Shown here: one piece after another, positions 7,906-17,602 of the stretch | How positions within the stretch are numbered: the first letter of the stretch is position 1 | How the letters are laid out: each line of letters begins with the position of its first letter | IMG/VR virus record: IMGVR_UViG_3300046786_000471 | Coordinates: 1-30,187 of that record | Source: a virus | Taxonomy: Duplodnaviria; Caudoviricetes | DNA: 30,187 nucleotides | Strand: one strand, 5' to 3' | Made by a program: the position numbers and the translations under genes | Notes under the pieces: model-generated | The model's database searches: none | What the model saw: only the letters and a program-made list of their open reading frames with translations | Told to the model about the DNA's origin: nothing

Positions 7906-9609
7906 ATGTCAAAGAAAATAACAGAATTAACAACAGCTTCAGGTACCGATTTAACATGGTATGCTGTAGTTTCAGATGTTAGTGGAAATGCTAGAAAAAT
8001 AACTCTTAATGATTTAAAAAGTCTTGTTGGTATTTCTGCACAACAACTAGCTACTCCCACTTTAACAGCAACACCTGCTAGTCCAACACAAATTAATTTG
8101 TCTTGGATTAATGTAGATAACGAGGTGAGCTATCGATTAGAACGTTCTCTAGATAACTTAAACTGGACTCAAATTGGAGGTACTATAGCTCCTAATGTCA
8201 CTTCTTATAGTGATACAACTTTAAGTTCTTTAACTCTATATTATTATAGAATCAAAGCTATAGGAAATAATACTATTTACGTAGATTCAAATTGGGGTAC
8301 GTCTTACGCTACTACTAATCCTAGTACAGCTTATACAACTTGGTACAGCATACTTACGACTCAATATGAACAATACAACTCTAATCAAGGTGTACGTAAA
8401 CCAGCGACACCTAACACTTCTCTTACTGACAGAGTTTATACAATGGAGTCAATACAAGAAGGATATGCGTTTGAGTTTACAATTGATAATGTAGTGAATA
8501 ATGTATTTACTTCTTGGTTGTCCACTACACAAACAGATTTAAGAACAAATTCTCTTTTTCAAGCTAACCTTAATACTACTATTAGGTTTCAACAACTTGC
8601 TAATGCTTCAGGAATACTAGACGCAGCTTCACCTTATACAGCTGCTATAGGAGATAGGATTATTTTCATGTATAAAGACAGTAAAATAAGTGTAGGGTAT
8701 TCTAAAGATAATGGATCCACTTATACAATTGCTTACACTTATAGCAATGTTCCTGATTCTGCTTATTATTGGGTATACGGAACAAGTCAAGCGGGTTATG
8801 GTTGTTCTCAAGTAATTTATAGACAAGCTTTACCTTTACCACCCACTTATTTTAAAGCTAGTGCTGTCGCAGGTAACTCTTCTATAGCTTTATCATGGGT
8901 AGCTAAAGCTGGAGTTTTTGGTTATGTTGTTCAAAGAGCAACAGATGTAAACTTTACTACAGGTCTTACCACAATTTATAGTGGTACAAATACATCATAC
9001 ACTGACACCGGATTAAGTGGTGGTAGTACTTATTATTATCGCTTAAAAGCAACCGCAGGATTAGATAGCACTTGGACTGTAAAATCTGCTACTACTTCTG
9101 TAGCAGGAGATCAAGCGTTTTTAACTTGGGAAACATCTGGAACTAGAAATGAGTATACTAGTGATTTAAAAGGTATAAGAAGAATGAATGGTTTCAATGC
9201 AGCAGATTTAAACTATTCTTATACTACAGAAACTATAGCAAACGGACAAGCTTTTGTATACAGTATTGATGATATCTCTTCCAATATTTTTAGCGTAGCA
9301 ATTAACACAACCAAAACTGTTGACCCTGGAGGTACAACTAACTTTTTAAGAGTTTTCTTAAATGGTACTTTAAGTGTTTTACAAGGAGCATCTACAGTTA
9401 GTTCTGGAAATGCAGTAGCAGTGGGTAACTATATAAGAATATCTATTATTAGCAATGTACTAAAGGTTGAGAAATCTACAGATACCGGAGCTACTTGGTC
9501 TACTGTATATACATCAGGTCTTACTCCTTCTGGTACTTATTACTTAGGTTTTGCTAGTGTTACTACAGCATACCCAGCTTCTAGAACCTATAAAATGACT
9601 GGTTTATAA
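7906..9609 (+). CDS. FN3-domain tail fibre / receptor-binding-like protein
   Basis: N-terminal SKKITELTTA adaptor-like motif and two FN3 units (INLSW...YRLERS...YYYRIKA; IALSW...YVVQRA...YYYRLKA), each followed by a related beta domain. Ser/Thr rich. Confidence 0.8.
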   Translation: MSKKITELTTASGTDLTWYAVVSDVSGNARKITLNDLKSLVGISAQQLATPTLTATPASPTQINLSWINVDNEVSYRLERSLDNLNWTQIGGTIAPNVTSYSDTTLSSLTLYYYRIKAIGNNTIYVDSNWGTSYATTNPSTAYTTWYSILTTQYEQYNSNQGVRKPATPNTSLTDRVYTMESIQEGYAFEFTIDNVVNNVFTSWLSTTQTDLRTNSLFQANLNTTIRFQQLANASGILDAASPYTAAIGDRIIFMYKDSKISVGYSKDNGSTYTIAYTYSNVPDSAYYWVYGTSQAGYGCSQVIYRQALPLPPTYFKASAVAGNSSIALSWVAKAGVFGYVVQRATDVNFTTGLTTIYSGTNTSYTDTGLSGGSTYYYRLKATAGLDSTWTVKSATTSVAGDQAFLTWETSGTRNEYTSDLKGIRRMNGFNAADLNYSYTTETIANGQAFVYSIDDISSNIFSVAINTTKTVDPGGTTNFLRVFLNGTLSVLQGASTVSSGNAVAVGNYIRISIISNVLKVEKSTDTGATWSTVYTSGLTPSGTYYLGFASVTTAYPASRTYKMTGL

Positions 9610-10415
9610 TGAGATTTTTCAATTCTAATAATATAAATGTCTCTAAAGGAACTGTTCCGTTATATATTATAGCGGGACAATCCAATTGTGGGAGATCTAG
9701 ATGGAGTGAAGCTTCTCCTGCACAAGTAACATTGTACGGAGGTGCTAAAACAGGTATAAAGATTTATAATTATCAGTATAATGCTACTGATTTTACAACA
9801 CTTGTACCTGGAACAAACACAATGCTTGAGAATTATACGTCATTAGATGAGATGGGACCTGAAGTGTCGTTAAGTAAAAGTCTTATAGATAACGGTGTTA
9901 CAGATGCTTATATAATAAAAGTTGGTGTCGGTAATAGTGATTTATACAACATGTGGTCTCCTGGTGGAATAAATGAGGTAAAACTAAAAGATAGATTAGA
10001 TAGAGCGTTTCTTTGGTTAAAGAATAACAATGTGGATTTTTCTGTTAAAGCGTTCATTTGGATGCAAGGAGAAAATGATGCTACAGATTTGACATGGGCA
10101 AACGCGTATTTAACCAAACTCCAAAACTTTTTTAATGACTTTTCTATATACCTGTCTAATAAACAAGCAGTTTATAACTTCAAGCGTTATTTAAACTATA
10201 AAAAAGTAATAGGAAGAATTAACGGTGTAAACGATTTCACAGAAATCTATAGAAACACAGTTAGACAATTCCAAGCTGATTATTGTAACAACAGTTATAA
10301 CAATGGTGTTTTAATAGATACGGATAGTTACCCTCTTAAAGACTATGTCCACTATTCTGTAACTGGTCAGATAACATTTGGTAATGATATTTACAATCAA
10401 ATTAAAAACTTATGA
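9609..10415 (+). CDS. SASA/CE6-like SGNH carbohydrate O-acetylesterase, probably virion-associated
   Basis: AGQSN, GPE, WMQGEND and DYVHY motifs. Confidence 0.88.
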   Translation: MRFFNSNNINVSKGTVPLYIIAGQSNCGRSRWSEASPAQVTLYGGAKTGIKIYNYQYNATDFTTLVPGTNTMLENYTSLDEMGPEVSLSKSLIDNGVTDAYIIKVGVGNSDLYNMWSPGGINEVKLKDRLDRAFLWLKNNNVDFSVKAFIWMQGENDATDLTWANAYLTKLQNFFNDFSIYLSNKQAVYNFKRYLNYKKVIGRINGVNDFTEIYRNTVRQFQADYCNNSYNNGVLIDTDSYPLKDYVHYSVTGQITFGNDIYNQIKNL

Positions 10416-10813
10416 GTTATAAAAGCAAGCAAGTGTTTAAAAACAATAACACTTCATATTTTCAAGCTAATGTTACAAAATGGACTGGTAGTCGAGTTCA
10501 AGAACAACTAGAAAGTATTTCAGATTCTGCTATTTGGATAGATCAAAAGATTCAGATGTCAGGTCTCACCTATGATTGTTCTTTAGGTTCGTTACAAGAA
10601 AAGACATTAACTCAGAATTCAAGTTTAGCTATAACAAATCCTGTAGCAGGATCTTATTATACGTTTATAAAGAAAGGAAACTTCACCATCACTTTACCGT
10701 CAAGTCATTACAGCTCTAGTGGAGCTACTGTACCAGCAGGAACTGTAATTGTTACTTTCTTTTATGATGGTACTAACTACTTTTTTAATTTTTCTGTTTA
10801 CACATTAATATAA
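10412..10813 (+). CDS. Putative tail-associated protein
   Basis: Beta-rich C-terminus (GNFTITLP...FFYDGTNY) of the kind seen in phage fibre tips. Confidence 0.6.
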   Translation: MSYKSKQVFKNNNTSYFQANVTKWTGSRVQEQLESISDSAIWIDQKIQMSGLTYDCSLGSLQEKTLTQNSSLAITNPVAGSYYTFIKKGNFTITLPSSHYSSSGATVPAGTVIVTFFYDGTNYFFNFSVYTLI

Positions 10814-10821
10814 AACTTAAA

Positions 10822-10950
10822 ATGGCAAAAACTAAATCAAGCTCAGAAAGTAGAAAAATTACTTTCGGTAAACGCAAAGGAAGGAGAGCTGCTAAAACAC
10901 GTGGTCCAAAAGACAAACCAGTTAGTAAATACCAAGGTCAAGGAAGATAA
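10822..10950 (+). CDS. Small basic protein (42 aa) ending YQGQGR
   Basis: Manual translation MAKTKSSSESRKITFGKRKGRRAAKTRGPKDKPVSKYQGQGR*; below the ORF-track cutoff. Confidence 0.75.
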   Translation: MAKTKSSSESRKITFGKRKGRRAAKTRGPKDKPVSKYQGQGR

Positions 10951-11023
10951 TACGTACATTCATGATGGATTAAATTCTCCACTATGTTCATTACATACTA
11001 CCGATGAACACCATCAGTGAAAA

Positions 11024-11057
11024 AGAAAAGGGGGACTCTTTCTAGAGTCCCTTCTTT
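11024..11057. terminator. Bidirectional terminator between convergent operons
   Basis: GGGACTCT-TTCT-AGAGTCCC flanked by an A-rich and a T-rich tract. Confidence 0.75.
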
Positions 11058-11059
11058 CA

Positions 11060-11785
11060 TTACCACATTATAGGTGACCACTCACGCTTTTCTATCTCTT
11101 TGTTTATTTCAACAAACACATGACCACCTTCCCACTCTTTGCTTTTTGTATAAGCAGCGTGTGCTGGATGTGATGTACATAACACTGTTTTTACAGGTAG
11201 GTTAGGTAACAAACCTTGTGCTTGTTTACCTAACAAAACATACACTGCTTCAGGTTTTTTATGTGCAAGAACATCCATCAAATAAGTCATAAAATCTTTC
11301 CATAAGTCTACATGTGTACCTGGTTTACCTATTTGAACAGTAAGAGCACTGTTTAGAAGTAAAACACCTTGTTTTGACCATCTGGTTAAATCAGGATCAT
11401 GATAAACTGTCTTACCCTCATGAACGTGTATATCTAATGCTTTGAATACATATTCAAGACTTGGTTGAGGTTTACCTGTTAAACTACAAGAAAAAGCAAG
11501 ACCGTCTGCTACACCTGGAGTAAAATAAGGATCTTGTCCTACTATTACCAATTTAACATCTTTAAAAGGACATTTTTCAAACGCTCTAAAAACGTATTTT
11601 AAAGAAGGAGTAAAATGTTTCTCTTCCTCAGATAACGTCTTTAGTTTAGATAGTAGTTGCATAAAGTCATCACTCATGATGAATAAACGCAATACTTCTC
11701 CCCATCCTGACGGTTTAAGTTTTTCATAAAGCTTTTCTCTTGTCTGTAAAAGAAATTCGGAGTATTCCGTTGCTGTTACATTCAT
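11060..11785 (-). CDS. ung: Uracil-DNA glycosylase, family 1
   Basis: VIVGQDPY, GLAFS, PSL, QGVLLLN and SHP motifs. Confidence 0.95.
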   Translation of the reverse strand: MNVTATEYSEFLLQTREKLYEKLKPSGWGEVLRLFIMSDDFMQLLSKLKTLSEEEKHFTPSLKYVFRAFEKCPFKDVKLVIVGQDPYFTPGVADGLAFSCSLTGKPQPSLEYVFKALDIHVHEGKTVYHDPDLTRWSKQGVLLLNSALTVQIGKPGTHVDLWKDFMTYLMDVLAHKKPEAVYVLLGKQAQGLLPNLPVKTVLCTSHPAHAAYTKSKEWEGGHVFVEINKEIEKREWSPIMW

Positions 11786-11791
11786 AATAGT

Positions 11792-11799
11792 TACATTTG
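11792..11799 (+). promoter_or_regulatory. Putative Bacteroidota -7 promoter box
   Basis: TACATTTG, 14 nt before ATG 11814 of an isolated plus-strand gene. Confidence 0.45.
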
Positions 11800-11813
11800 T
11801 TTAAACATTTGTT

Positions 11814-12098
11814 ATGAGTACTACCAAAATACAGTCTATAAAATCATCGTCAATCATTGATATTCAAGTGAGTGGATCATTTTATAGAGATGTACAAGCA
11901 GTGTTATTTCATCTTACAGAGTCAAAGACTCCAGAAGAATTAAACGAACTTGTAAAGAAAATAAACGACGATGTTAGTGTTGGAAATATGCTTCCTTGGG
12001 AGAAATCAGTATTAACATTAATGATACTGTCTTCAGAAATTGAAGAGAAAGCTAAGACACAGAACGCTGTAGAAGAGATAGAGATACCTATTGAATAG
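11814..12098 (+). CDS. Hypothetical protein
   Basis: 94-aa ORF that fills the gap between two minus-strand genes and has its own promoter box. Confidence 0.7.
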   Translation: MSTTKIQSIKSSSIIDIQVSGSFYRDVQAVLFHLTESKTPEELNELVKKINDDVSVGNMLPWEKSVLTLMILSSEIEEKAKTQNAVEEIEIPIE

Positions 12099-12480
12099 GA
12101 TAGTCTATATCATCACCTATCTTTTTTATTGCTTCTACGCAGAGTGATAGTTCTTGTTTGCTGCACTTACCAAGACTTTTGCAATACATAAAGCGTTCTC
12201 CTTCTATTTCTTTCTCTATACACAAACCTGCTCTCTTTTTAATGATGAGTTTCATGTCTTCAAAATTCTCACCAATATGTAAAGCGAGTTGTCGTATCAT
12301 CGCATGTACCTTTGCAAGTTGAGCTAACGTACCGTCATCACTCATGTATTCCATATACATCTCTACAAGATCACCTTCTTGAAACTTGTTTACAAACATG
12401 TCTATTTTCTTAGCGTCTTTAGGAGATGAAGGAACAAATCTACCATTCTCTTTTACTAGTATACCAGTTACACTTTTCAT
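12088..12480 (-). CDS. Hypothetical protein, NinB/Orf-like
   Basis: The QLAKVHAMIRQLA...KSLGKCSKQELS pattern resembles NinB-like recombination proteins. Confidence 0.5.
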   Translation of the reverse strand: MKSVTGILVKENGRFVPSSPKDAKKIDMFVNKFQEGDLVEMYMEYMSDDGTLAQLAKVHAMIRQLALHIGENFEDMKLIIKKRAGLCIEKEIEGERFMYCKSLGKCSKQELSLCVEAIKKIGDDIDYPIQ

Positions 12481-13589
12481 AAACTCATTTGATTGATGTA
12501 TGTGACTTTTTCAGTGTCATAATCAGCTAATGCGTCTCTCACCCAACGTTCATCTGCTGTACCAACATAACATAATATGTGAATAGTAGATTTTTCTTTA
12601 GGATTTAACCTCATCAATCTACCGATTCTTTGTGAACTCTTACGTTCATTACCATAAGCATGCATGATGATACCTTCTTTGAGATTTGGTATGTTAATAC
12701 CCTCGCTTAACTGAAGAACACATCCTAACTGATTAATTTTACCATTACTAAACATCTCTAGATTTGCTACACTATCTGGATTTTTAGAATCATACGTATA
12801 CTCACATATACTTCTAGCTTGTTCAATAGTATTTGCAAACAGGATACACTTCTCAGTTGTGTTTTGTAACAGTTTATTAGCGTACTCTTCTTTACTTTTA
12901 AAACCCATTAACATTTTCATTCGCATAATGTTAGACATCATTTTCTGTTTAGGAGTTGATGCTTCTGTTATACGTCTAGACCAATAATCATAAACTGCTG
13001 TTTCTGATGAAAACCATGATTTACCACCTACAGACATAGGAATGTTCTTTCTGTTATCCATGTATAACATATGAACATAGATATGATAATCATTCAATAT
13101 TTTATCTTCTACAGCGCTGTCAGTTACATATTTATACTTTACAGGACAATATGTATTTACCATCTCACCTTTTTCAGATTTTTGAAATCTTGGAGGTGTA
13201 CCAGTTAAACCCAATATTCTATTAGCATATACAGCTAAGAATATATGGTGAGAATACAACAGACTATGACATTCATCCAAAACAATAAGGTCATAGTTGT
13301 TTGGATTGTGTTTGTTAAGTGATAGATACGTTGTAAACTCTACATTATTTAAGGAAATATTAAACTTTTCAGCATCATTTTTCCAACTTTCAAATATACT
13401 CAGCTTTGGTGCTACAACAAGAACGTTTAGTTTGTTCATGTTTTTATCCTGGAAGTGTTCTATATACTTCAATCCTATTAGAGTTTTACCAACACCTACA
13501 GATACAGCTAATGTACATCTTGAGTTGTTCACTGCTATGTCTAATGCTTCCTTTTGAATTTCATCTCTTACATTAATCGTCTTCTTCAT
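12477..13589 (-). CDS. Superfamily 2 (DExH, ResIII/UvsW-like) helicase
   Basis: GVGKT, DECH, LTGT, EGINIPNL and QRIGRLMR. Confidence 0.92.
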   Translation of the reverse strand: MKKTINVRDEIQKEALDIAVNNSRCTLAVSVGVGKTLIGLKYIEHFQDKNMNKLNVLVVAPKLSIFESWKNDAEKFNISLNNVEFTTYLSLNKHNPNNYDLIVLDECHSLLYSHHIFLAVYANRILGLTGTPPRFQKSEKGEMVNTYCPVKYKYVTDSAVEDKILNDYHIYVHMLYMDNRKNIPMSVGGKSWFSSETAVYDYWSRRITEASTPKQKMMSNIMRMKMLMGFKSKEEYANKLLQNTTEKCILFANTIEQARSICEYTYDSKNPDSVANLEMFSNGKINQLGCVLQLSEGINIPNLKEGIIMHAYGNERKSSQRIGRLMRLNPKEKSTIHILCYVGTADERWVRDALADYDTEKVTYINQMSL

Positions 13590-13632
13590 CTTCTTCTGTA
13601 AATGATTTAATAAAAGATAATGAGTAGAATTG

Positions 13633-13863
13633 TCATATTACGATTTTATCGACGTTATCTAATATGTATTGACGTATGAGCTTTTTAGGGTATTCATCAA
13701 TCAATGCGTTGATCAATGTATCATTATCATATTCTTCACCTCCGTCTCTTTCATCATAGACGATAGATTTTATTACAGAAACAATTTCTTGTTCTGTAAG
13801 ATCAGTAAGTAACAAAAAATCTTCTTCTTGAAACGCTGTAGTGCTAATGTTGAACAGATTCAT
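13633..13863 (-). CDS. Hypothetical protein
   Basis: 76-aa ORF whose start overlaps the upstream stop. Confidence 0.65.
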   Translation of the reverse strand: MNLFNISTTAFQEEDFLLLTDLTEQEIVSVIKSIVYDERDGGEEYDNDTLINALIDEYPKKLIRQYILDNVDKIVI

Positions 13864-14069
13864 AATTCTTCTATTTCTTGTTTAACGGCATACCAATAAT
13901 AAGCATCTTCTTGTGTTTGCCAATTTAATGATAGTATTTCATCCACTGCAATAACAGCTAGATGTTTTGTGATGTCTTTCTCGTGTGGAGAATACTCCTC
14001 CGATAGGGTGTGTTCTATCCTACTATAGTATTTCCACCATAAATCAATAGCTTTTTCTTTTGGTGTCAT
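13860..14069 (-). CDS. Hypothetical phage protein (MTPKEKA...AVDEIL...VKQEI type)
   Basis: 69-aa ORF within the operon. Confidence 0.7.
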   Translation of the reverse strand: MTPKEKAIDLWWKYYSRIEHTLSEEYSPHEKDITKHLAVIAVDEILSLNWQTQEDAYYWYAVKQEIEEL

Positions 14070-14083
14070 AAGTTTTTCAATCT

Positions 14084-14164
14084 TTAATAGTGTATACCGT
14101 CATTACCCAGAAATCTTAGTATCATCTTTATAGGATAAATGAAGACGTGCCAAAGAGTTTTCAT
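14084..14164 (-). CDS. Small ORF (26 aa, MKTLWHVFIYPIKMILRFLGNDGIHY)
   Basis: ATGA overlap with the stop of 14161..14586; fills the gap. Confidence 0.45.
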   Translation of the reverse strand: MKTLWHVFIYPIKMILRFLGNDGIHY

Positions 14165-14586
14165 TCTGCACACCATTTGTTTTCTACTTTTTCTACACTG
14201 TATGTGTATTTAGAACTAAAAAGATCTCCTAAAAGAAAATAGTAATGACCTCCGCTTTGAGTAACCTGATGTTTCATCATCCAGAACTGTGTCTTTTTCA
14301 GTTCCTCAATGATTTCTTCATTACCGGACCAACCTAAAGTGTGGATTTCTACAAGTCCGTCTTCTTGATTGATAGCATCATCATAATACCATATAGATTT
14401 TACATAGTAAATGAGAGCTTGGTAGTCATTACGTAAATGACCCATTTTAGTTTCATTACTATCATGGTCCCAGATGATCTGCCAGTTCTTTATATACTCT
14501 AAAGCTTCAGTAGTAGGATAACCGTGTTCATCTAAAAGGTTTCCTTTTGGATAAGGAATAACTAGTTCTTCAATAGTGTCTTTCAT
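14161..14586 (-). CDS. Hypothetical phage protein
   Basis: 141 aa with HTLGWSGNEEII and GGHYYF motifs. Confidence 0.75.
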   Translation of the reverse strand: MKDTIEELVIPYPKGNLLDEHGYPTTEALEYIKNWQIIWDHDSNETKMGHLRNDYQALIYYVKSIWYYDDAINQEDGLVEIHTLGWSGNEEIIEELKKTQFWMMKHQVTQSGGHYYFLLGDLFSSKYTYSVEKVENKWCAE

Positions 14587-14588
14587 AA

Positions 14589-14813
14589 TTAATTGTTTGA
14601 AATAAGAATTTCATGAGCATATACATCAGTGGCTGCACCATCTATGTATACACGAGCATGGTTTTTGTCTAACAGTTTTACAGAGTCACAGATTATATGG
14701 GTTGATAATCTGTCCCAACCTTTGTCATAACTTGTATACACTATATATGGTCGGTGTTTACGAGGCTGACAACTGGTAAAAGCTATTAGGACAAATAATA
14801 GTAGTTTTTTCAT
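14589..14813 (-). CDS. Putative lipoprotein
   Basis: Signal peptide II-like N-terminus MKKLLLFVLIAFTS-C. Confidence 0.65.
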   Translation of the reverse strand: MKKLLLFVLIAFTSCQPRKHRPYIVYTSYDKGWDRLSTHIICDSVKLLDKNHARVYIDGAATDVYAHEILISNN

Positions 14814-14816
14814 AAC

Positions 14817-15419
14817 TTACAAGTATTTACCCACCCATTGGATTCCTTGGGCGGTGGTGATTGTTTTGGGTTTCTGATTAACTGTACCACGTGGCATCTC
14901 ACTCATCTCTCCAACTGTATATGGTTCCATCTCGCATTCAAACTCACTTTGGTATTGTGATAGATAATATTTAAGTCTATTTAACCCATACAATGCTGCT
15001 TCAAAGGGTTGGTGTTGAGAAGAAGTCTTATTAAGGTCATGAGTAAAATCTAATATTTGCTTATCAATCTCTAAAAGAAACTTCTCTTTGGCTTTGTTGT
15101 AGCCAATAATAAAACCACTTCTTGTATAATTTGTAATAATAAAATTCATACCATCGTAATTAATTATTTCTTTTGCTAATTCTTCGGCATCATCCTTAAT
15201 AGGTGGCAGGAGCGGTACACCTTCTAAGATAGGTGAGCCGTTGAGTGGGAGATGAGCGATGATTTTTTTATATGGTTCTTTAAAATCAAACCAAAATCCT
15301 TTCTGGCAATAAAGGACACCAACATCACCTCTATACATATAAACCCCTTCTGTTGCTTGTGTTAAATCATCTGATACTACCAATAGATAGTTTTCTGTTT
15401 TAATTAGTTTGTGTGTCAT
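14817..15419 (-). CDS. Hypothetical protein
   Basis: 200-aa ORF within the operon. Confidence 0.7.
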   Translation of the reverse strand: MTHKLIKTENYLLVVSDDLTQATEGVYMYRGDVGVLYCQKGFWFDFKEPYKKIIAHLPLNGSPILEGVPLLPPIKDDAEELAKEIINYDGMNFIITNYTRSGFIIGYNKAKEKFLLEIDKQILDFTHDLNKTSSQHQPFEAALYGLNRLKYYLSQYQSEFECEMEPYTVGEMSEMPRGTVNQKPKTITTAQGIQWVGKYL

Positions 15420-15428
15420 AACTTATTT

Positions 15429-16124
15429 TTAAATATTAATAATGTTACCATAAGATGTAAGACCTAAATCAAATTTACCATCATATACACAAGCAGCATT
15501 AGAGAATACAGTTTCTGGAAGATGGGAATAATAAGAAACACCTTGGTTAGTATCTACTCCATCCATGTTATGTATATGTCCAAATGCTACTAACTTGAGA
15601 GAATGTTTAAGTTTGATACATCTTTTCATTAAAGCAGAACACCCACACATTTCAAGTTCTCCATATCTATCAAAACTAAGATCTCTTATACCTTTGGGTG
15701 GACCGTGTACAATAAGAACATTAGTATCTTCAGGTATAGTATCCCACAATATCCCAATTTTTTCACGTTTCTTCATAAACGCCCAGTTACCAAATGTAGG
15801 AGTGATGGGAGAACCCCAAAACTTAATACCATCTATAACAACTTCTTCATTTTCTAAATAGATGATACCATTATTAACGAAATCTTCTTTAGTAACCATA
15901 CGTCTTTCTATAGATGTATCGTGATTACCCGCGACATAGATTTTATATGGAACAGGTATGTCTTTATACCAGTTTATAAAGTCTCTCACTTCTGATTCGT
16001 TCTTATATGGATCCATCCAGTTAGAACAATCACCAGAGTGTACTACTACATCAATTTTATCAAATCTTTCAGGAGAAAACATACTGTGAAATCCGTGTGT
16101 GTCGGATATGTGCAAAATATTCAT
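15429..16124 (-). CDS. Calcineurin-like metallophosphoesterase
   Basis: SDTHG, HSGD, AGNHD, VHGPP and FGHIH motifs; start at MNILHIS (16124). Confidence 0.92.
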   Translation of the reverse strand: MNILHISDTHGFHSMFSPERFDKIDVVVHSGDCSNWMDPYKNESEVRDFINWYKDIPVPYKIYVAGNHDTSIERRMVTKEDFVNNGIIYLENEEVVIDGIKFWGSPITPTFGNWAFMKKREKIGILWDTIPEDTNVLIVHGPPKGIRDLSFDRYGELEMCGCSALMKRCIKLKHSLKLVAFGHIHNMDGVDTNQGVSYYSHLPETVFSNAACVYDGKFDLGLTSYGNIINI

Positions 16125-16128
16125 AGCA

Positions 16129-16980
16129 TTAAAATATATACCGTATACCACTCGGATCAAAGAATTCTGAATACAAGTTGGTAAAGTCTTGTATCATTTG
16201 TTTTTTAAGTTGCCATTGATATCTGATATTATCAGGAGCATATTGAGAGTCTTTTGCTTCTTGAATATCAGGTTTCCATAATAATTCTCTTACAGGTTCT
16301 GAGTTACGCTCGTGTTGAAACTTATTGTGGGTGAGAAATATACACTCACATTTAGTATCTACACCTGCATCTTTGATCTCTTGGAAGAGCTTTCTGTACT
16401 CATCTAACCAACCATCTTCATAGATAATAGGAGAGAAATTGATATGCACCTCCATATATTTCTTCAATTCTGGTATAGATTGTATGCGTTCAGATATAAG
16501 ATCAGTATCTGGTTCTAAAACATTAGAATACACTTGAGGCATTAAACTCACTCTGATTCTATGTCTGTCACAATCAAGATCATAACTCTGTGCATCAAAC
16601 CTAGTAGGGTACTTAGTAGCAAACGTTGTCTTTAAGTTTTCAGACTCATTAAACCACGTAAATACCTCACCCCAATTGTAATGTTTCTGCATCAGTGGTA
16701 CATCTGTACTGCAACCAATATCTATGGTGTAATACTTGGGATCCACCTGGTTAGGTGTTTTGTTAAAAGGTTTATCATCAACCCAATTTTGTATAGACGC
16801 TAATATATCTTTAGTGTTCTCATTGACATACACTTTGTCATGGTTATATCTACCTACATAACAATAAGAAGACATACAACCTCCTAAACACCCATACACA
16901 AAGTTTGGACTAATAGCATCAGAACTACGTCCATTATCTCGTGTAATGAGTGTTTTTGTACGTTGTTTAATGATTTTCAT
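16129..16980 (-). CDS. Spore photoproduct lyase (SplB)-like radical SAM protein
   Basis: GCLGGCMSSYCY cluster motif plus IGCSTD, FATKY, RIRVSLMPQ and HINFSPII. Confidence 0.8.
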   Translation of the reverse strand: MKIIKQRTKTLITRDNGRSSDAISPNFVYGCLGGCMSSYCYVGRYNHDKVYVNENTKDILASIQNWVDDKPFNKTPNQVDPKYYTIDIGCSTDVPLMQKHYNWGEVFTWFNESENLKTTFATKYPTRFDAQSYDLDCDRHRIRVSLMPQVYSNVLEPDTDLISERIQSIPELKKYMEVHINFSPIIYEDGWLDEYRKLFQEIKDAGVDTKCECIFLTHNKFQHERNSEPVRELLWKPDIQEAKDSQYAPDNIRYQWQLKKQMIQDFTNLYSEFFDPSGIRYIF

Positions 16981-17399
16981 TAATCTTGTTTATTTAATCG
17001 TGATTCTGACAATCCTAATCTTTTAGCATCTTCAGGATGTAATTCAATGTATGAATGACATGACCTACACACAGCTAACCATTTAGATATATTTAAGTAA
17101 TCATCTCCCACTCTACCAGCTTTATGGTGAATGTCTGTTGCTTTACTAGAGCAACCATCAAGCATTGCTTGACAGTTACTGTGTAAAGCAAGAAATGCCA
17201 ACCTACGTTTATCATAGATTGACATTTCCTTTTTTCTCTTCTCACTTACTCTGTTAATAGGTGAGCGTTGCTTCGGTAATGTTTTTGGTGGAACTTTTTG
17301 ATACCAACATTCTTTACAGTATTTCTCTTTACCGTGCGATTTCCATATTGGTTTATCAAGATTACACCCGTTACATTTCTTTAACTTCGGGGGTATCAT
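16980..17399 (-). CDS. Zn-finger / HNH-family nuclease-like protein
   Basis: CNGC...CKEC, then C...C...DIHHKAGR...LAVCRSCH. Confidence 0.75.
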   Translation of the reverse strand: MIPPKLKKCNGCNLDKPIWKSHGKEKYCKECWYQKVPPKTLPKQRSPINRVSEKRKKEMSIYDKRRLAFLALHSNCQAMLDGCSSKATDIHHKAGRVGDDYLNISKWLAVCRSCHSYIELHPEDAKRLGLSESRLNKQD

Positions 17400-17601
17400 C
17401 TGTATCTTTTACAATTGTAAATTCAGGTTGAATTATCACTCCACCTTGAGCAGGTTTACCTAATACATCAACAGGACCCCTTACAAAATCCACTTGAATT
17501 TTTCCTTGCTTCATAAGTTCGTCTAAAAGTACTCTTTCTGTTTCGCGTTCCGGTATCAAAACCAGTTTTGTTTCACCGTTTGTGATGAACAATGTTTCCA
17601 T
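17371..17601 (-). CDS. Hypothetical protein
   Basis: 76-aa ORF within the operon. Confidence 0.65.
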   Translation of the reverse strand: METLFITNGETKLVLIPERETERVLLDELMKQGKIQVDFVRGPVDVLGKPAQGGVIIQPEFTIVKDTDDTPEVKEM

Positions 17602-17602
17602 G

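Noticed and set aside
10960-11020. Branched hairpin after the basic peptide gene (TGATGG/CCATCA, TGTTCAT/ATGAACA)
   Set aside because: It is a single instance with no recognisable motif, next to a terminator, which is not enough support for a separate RNA.
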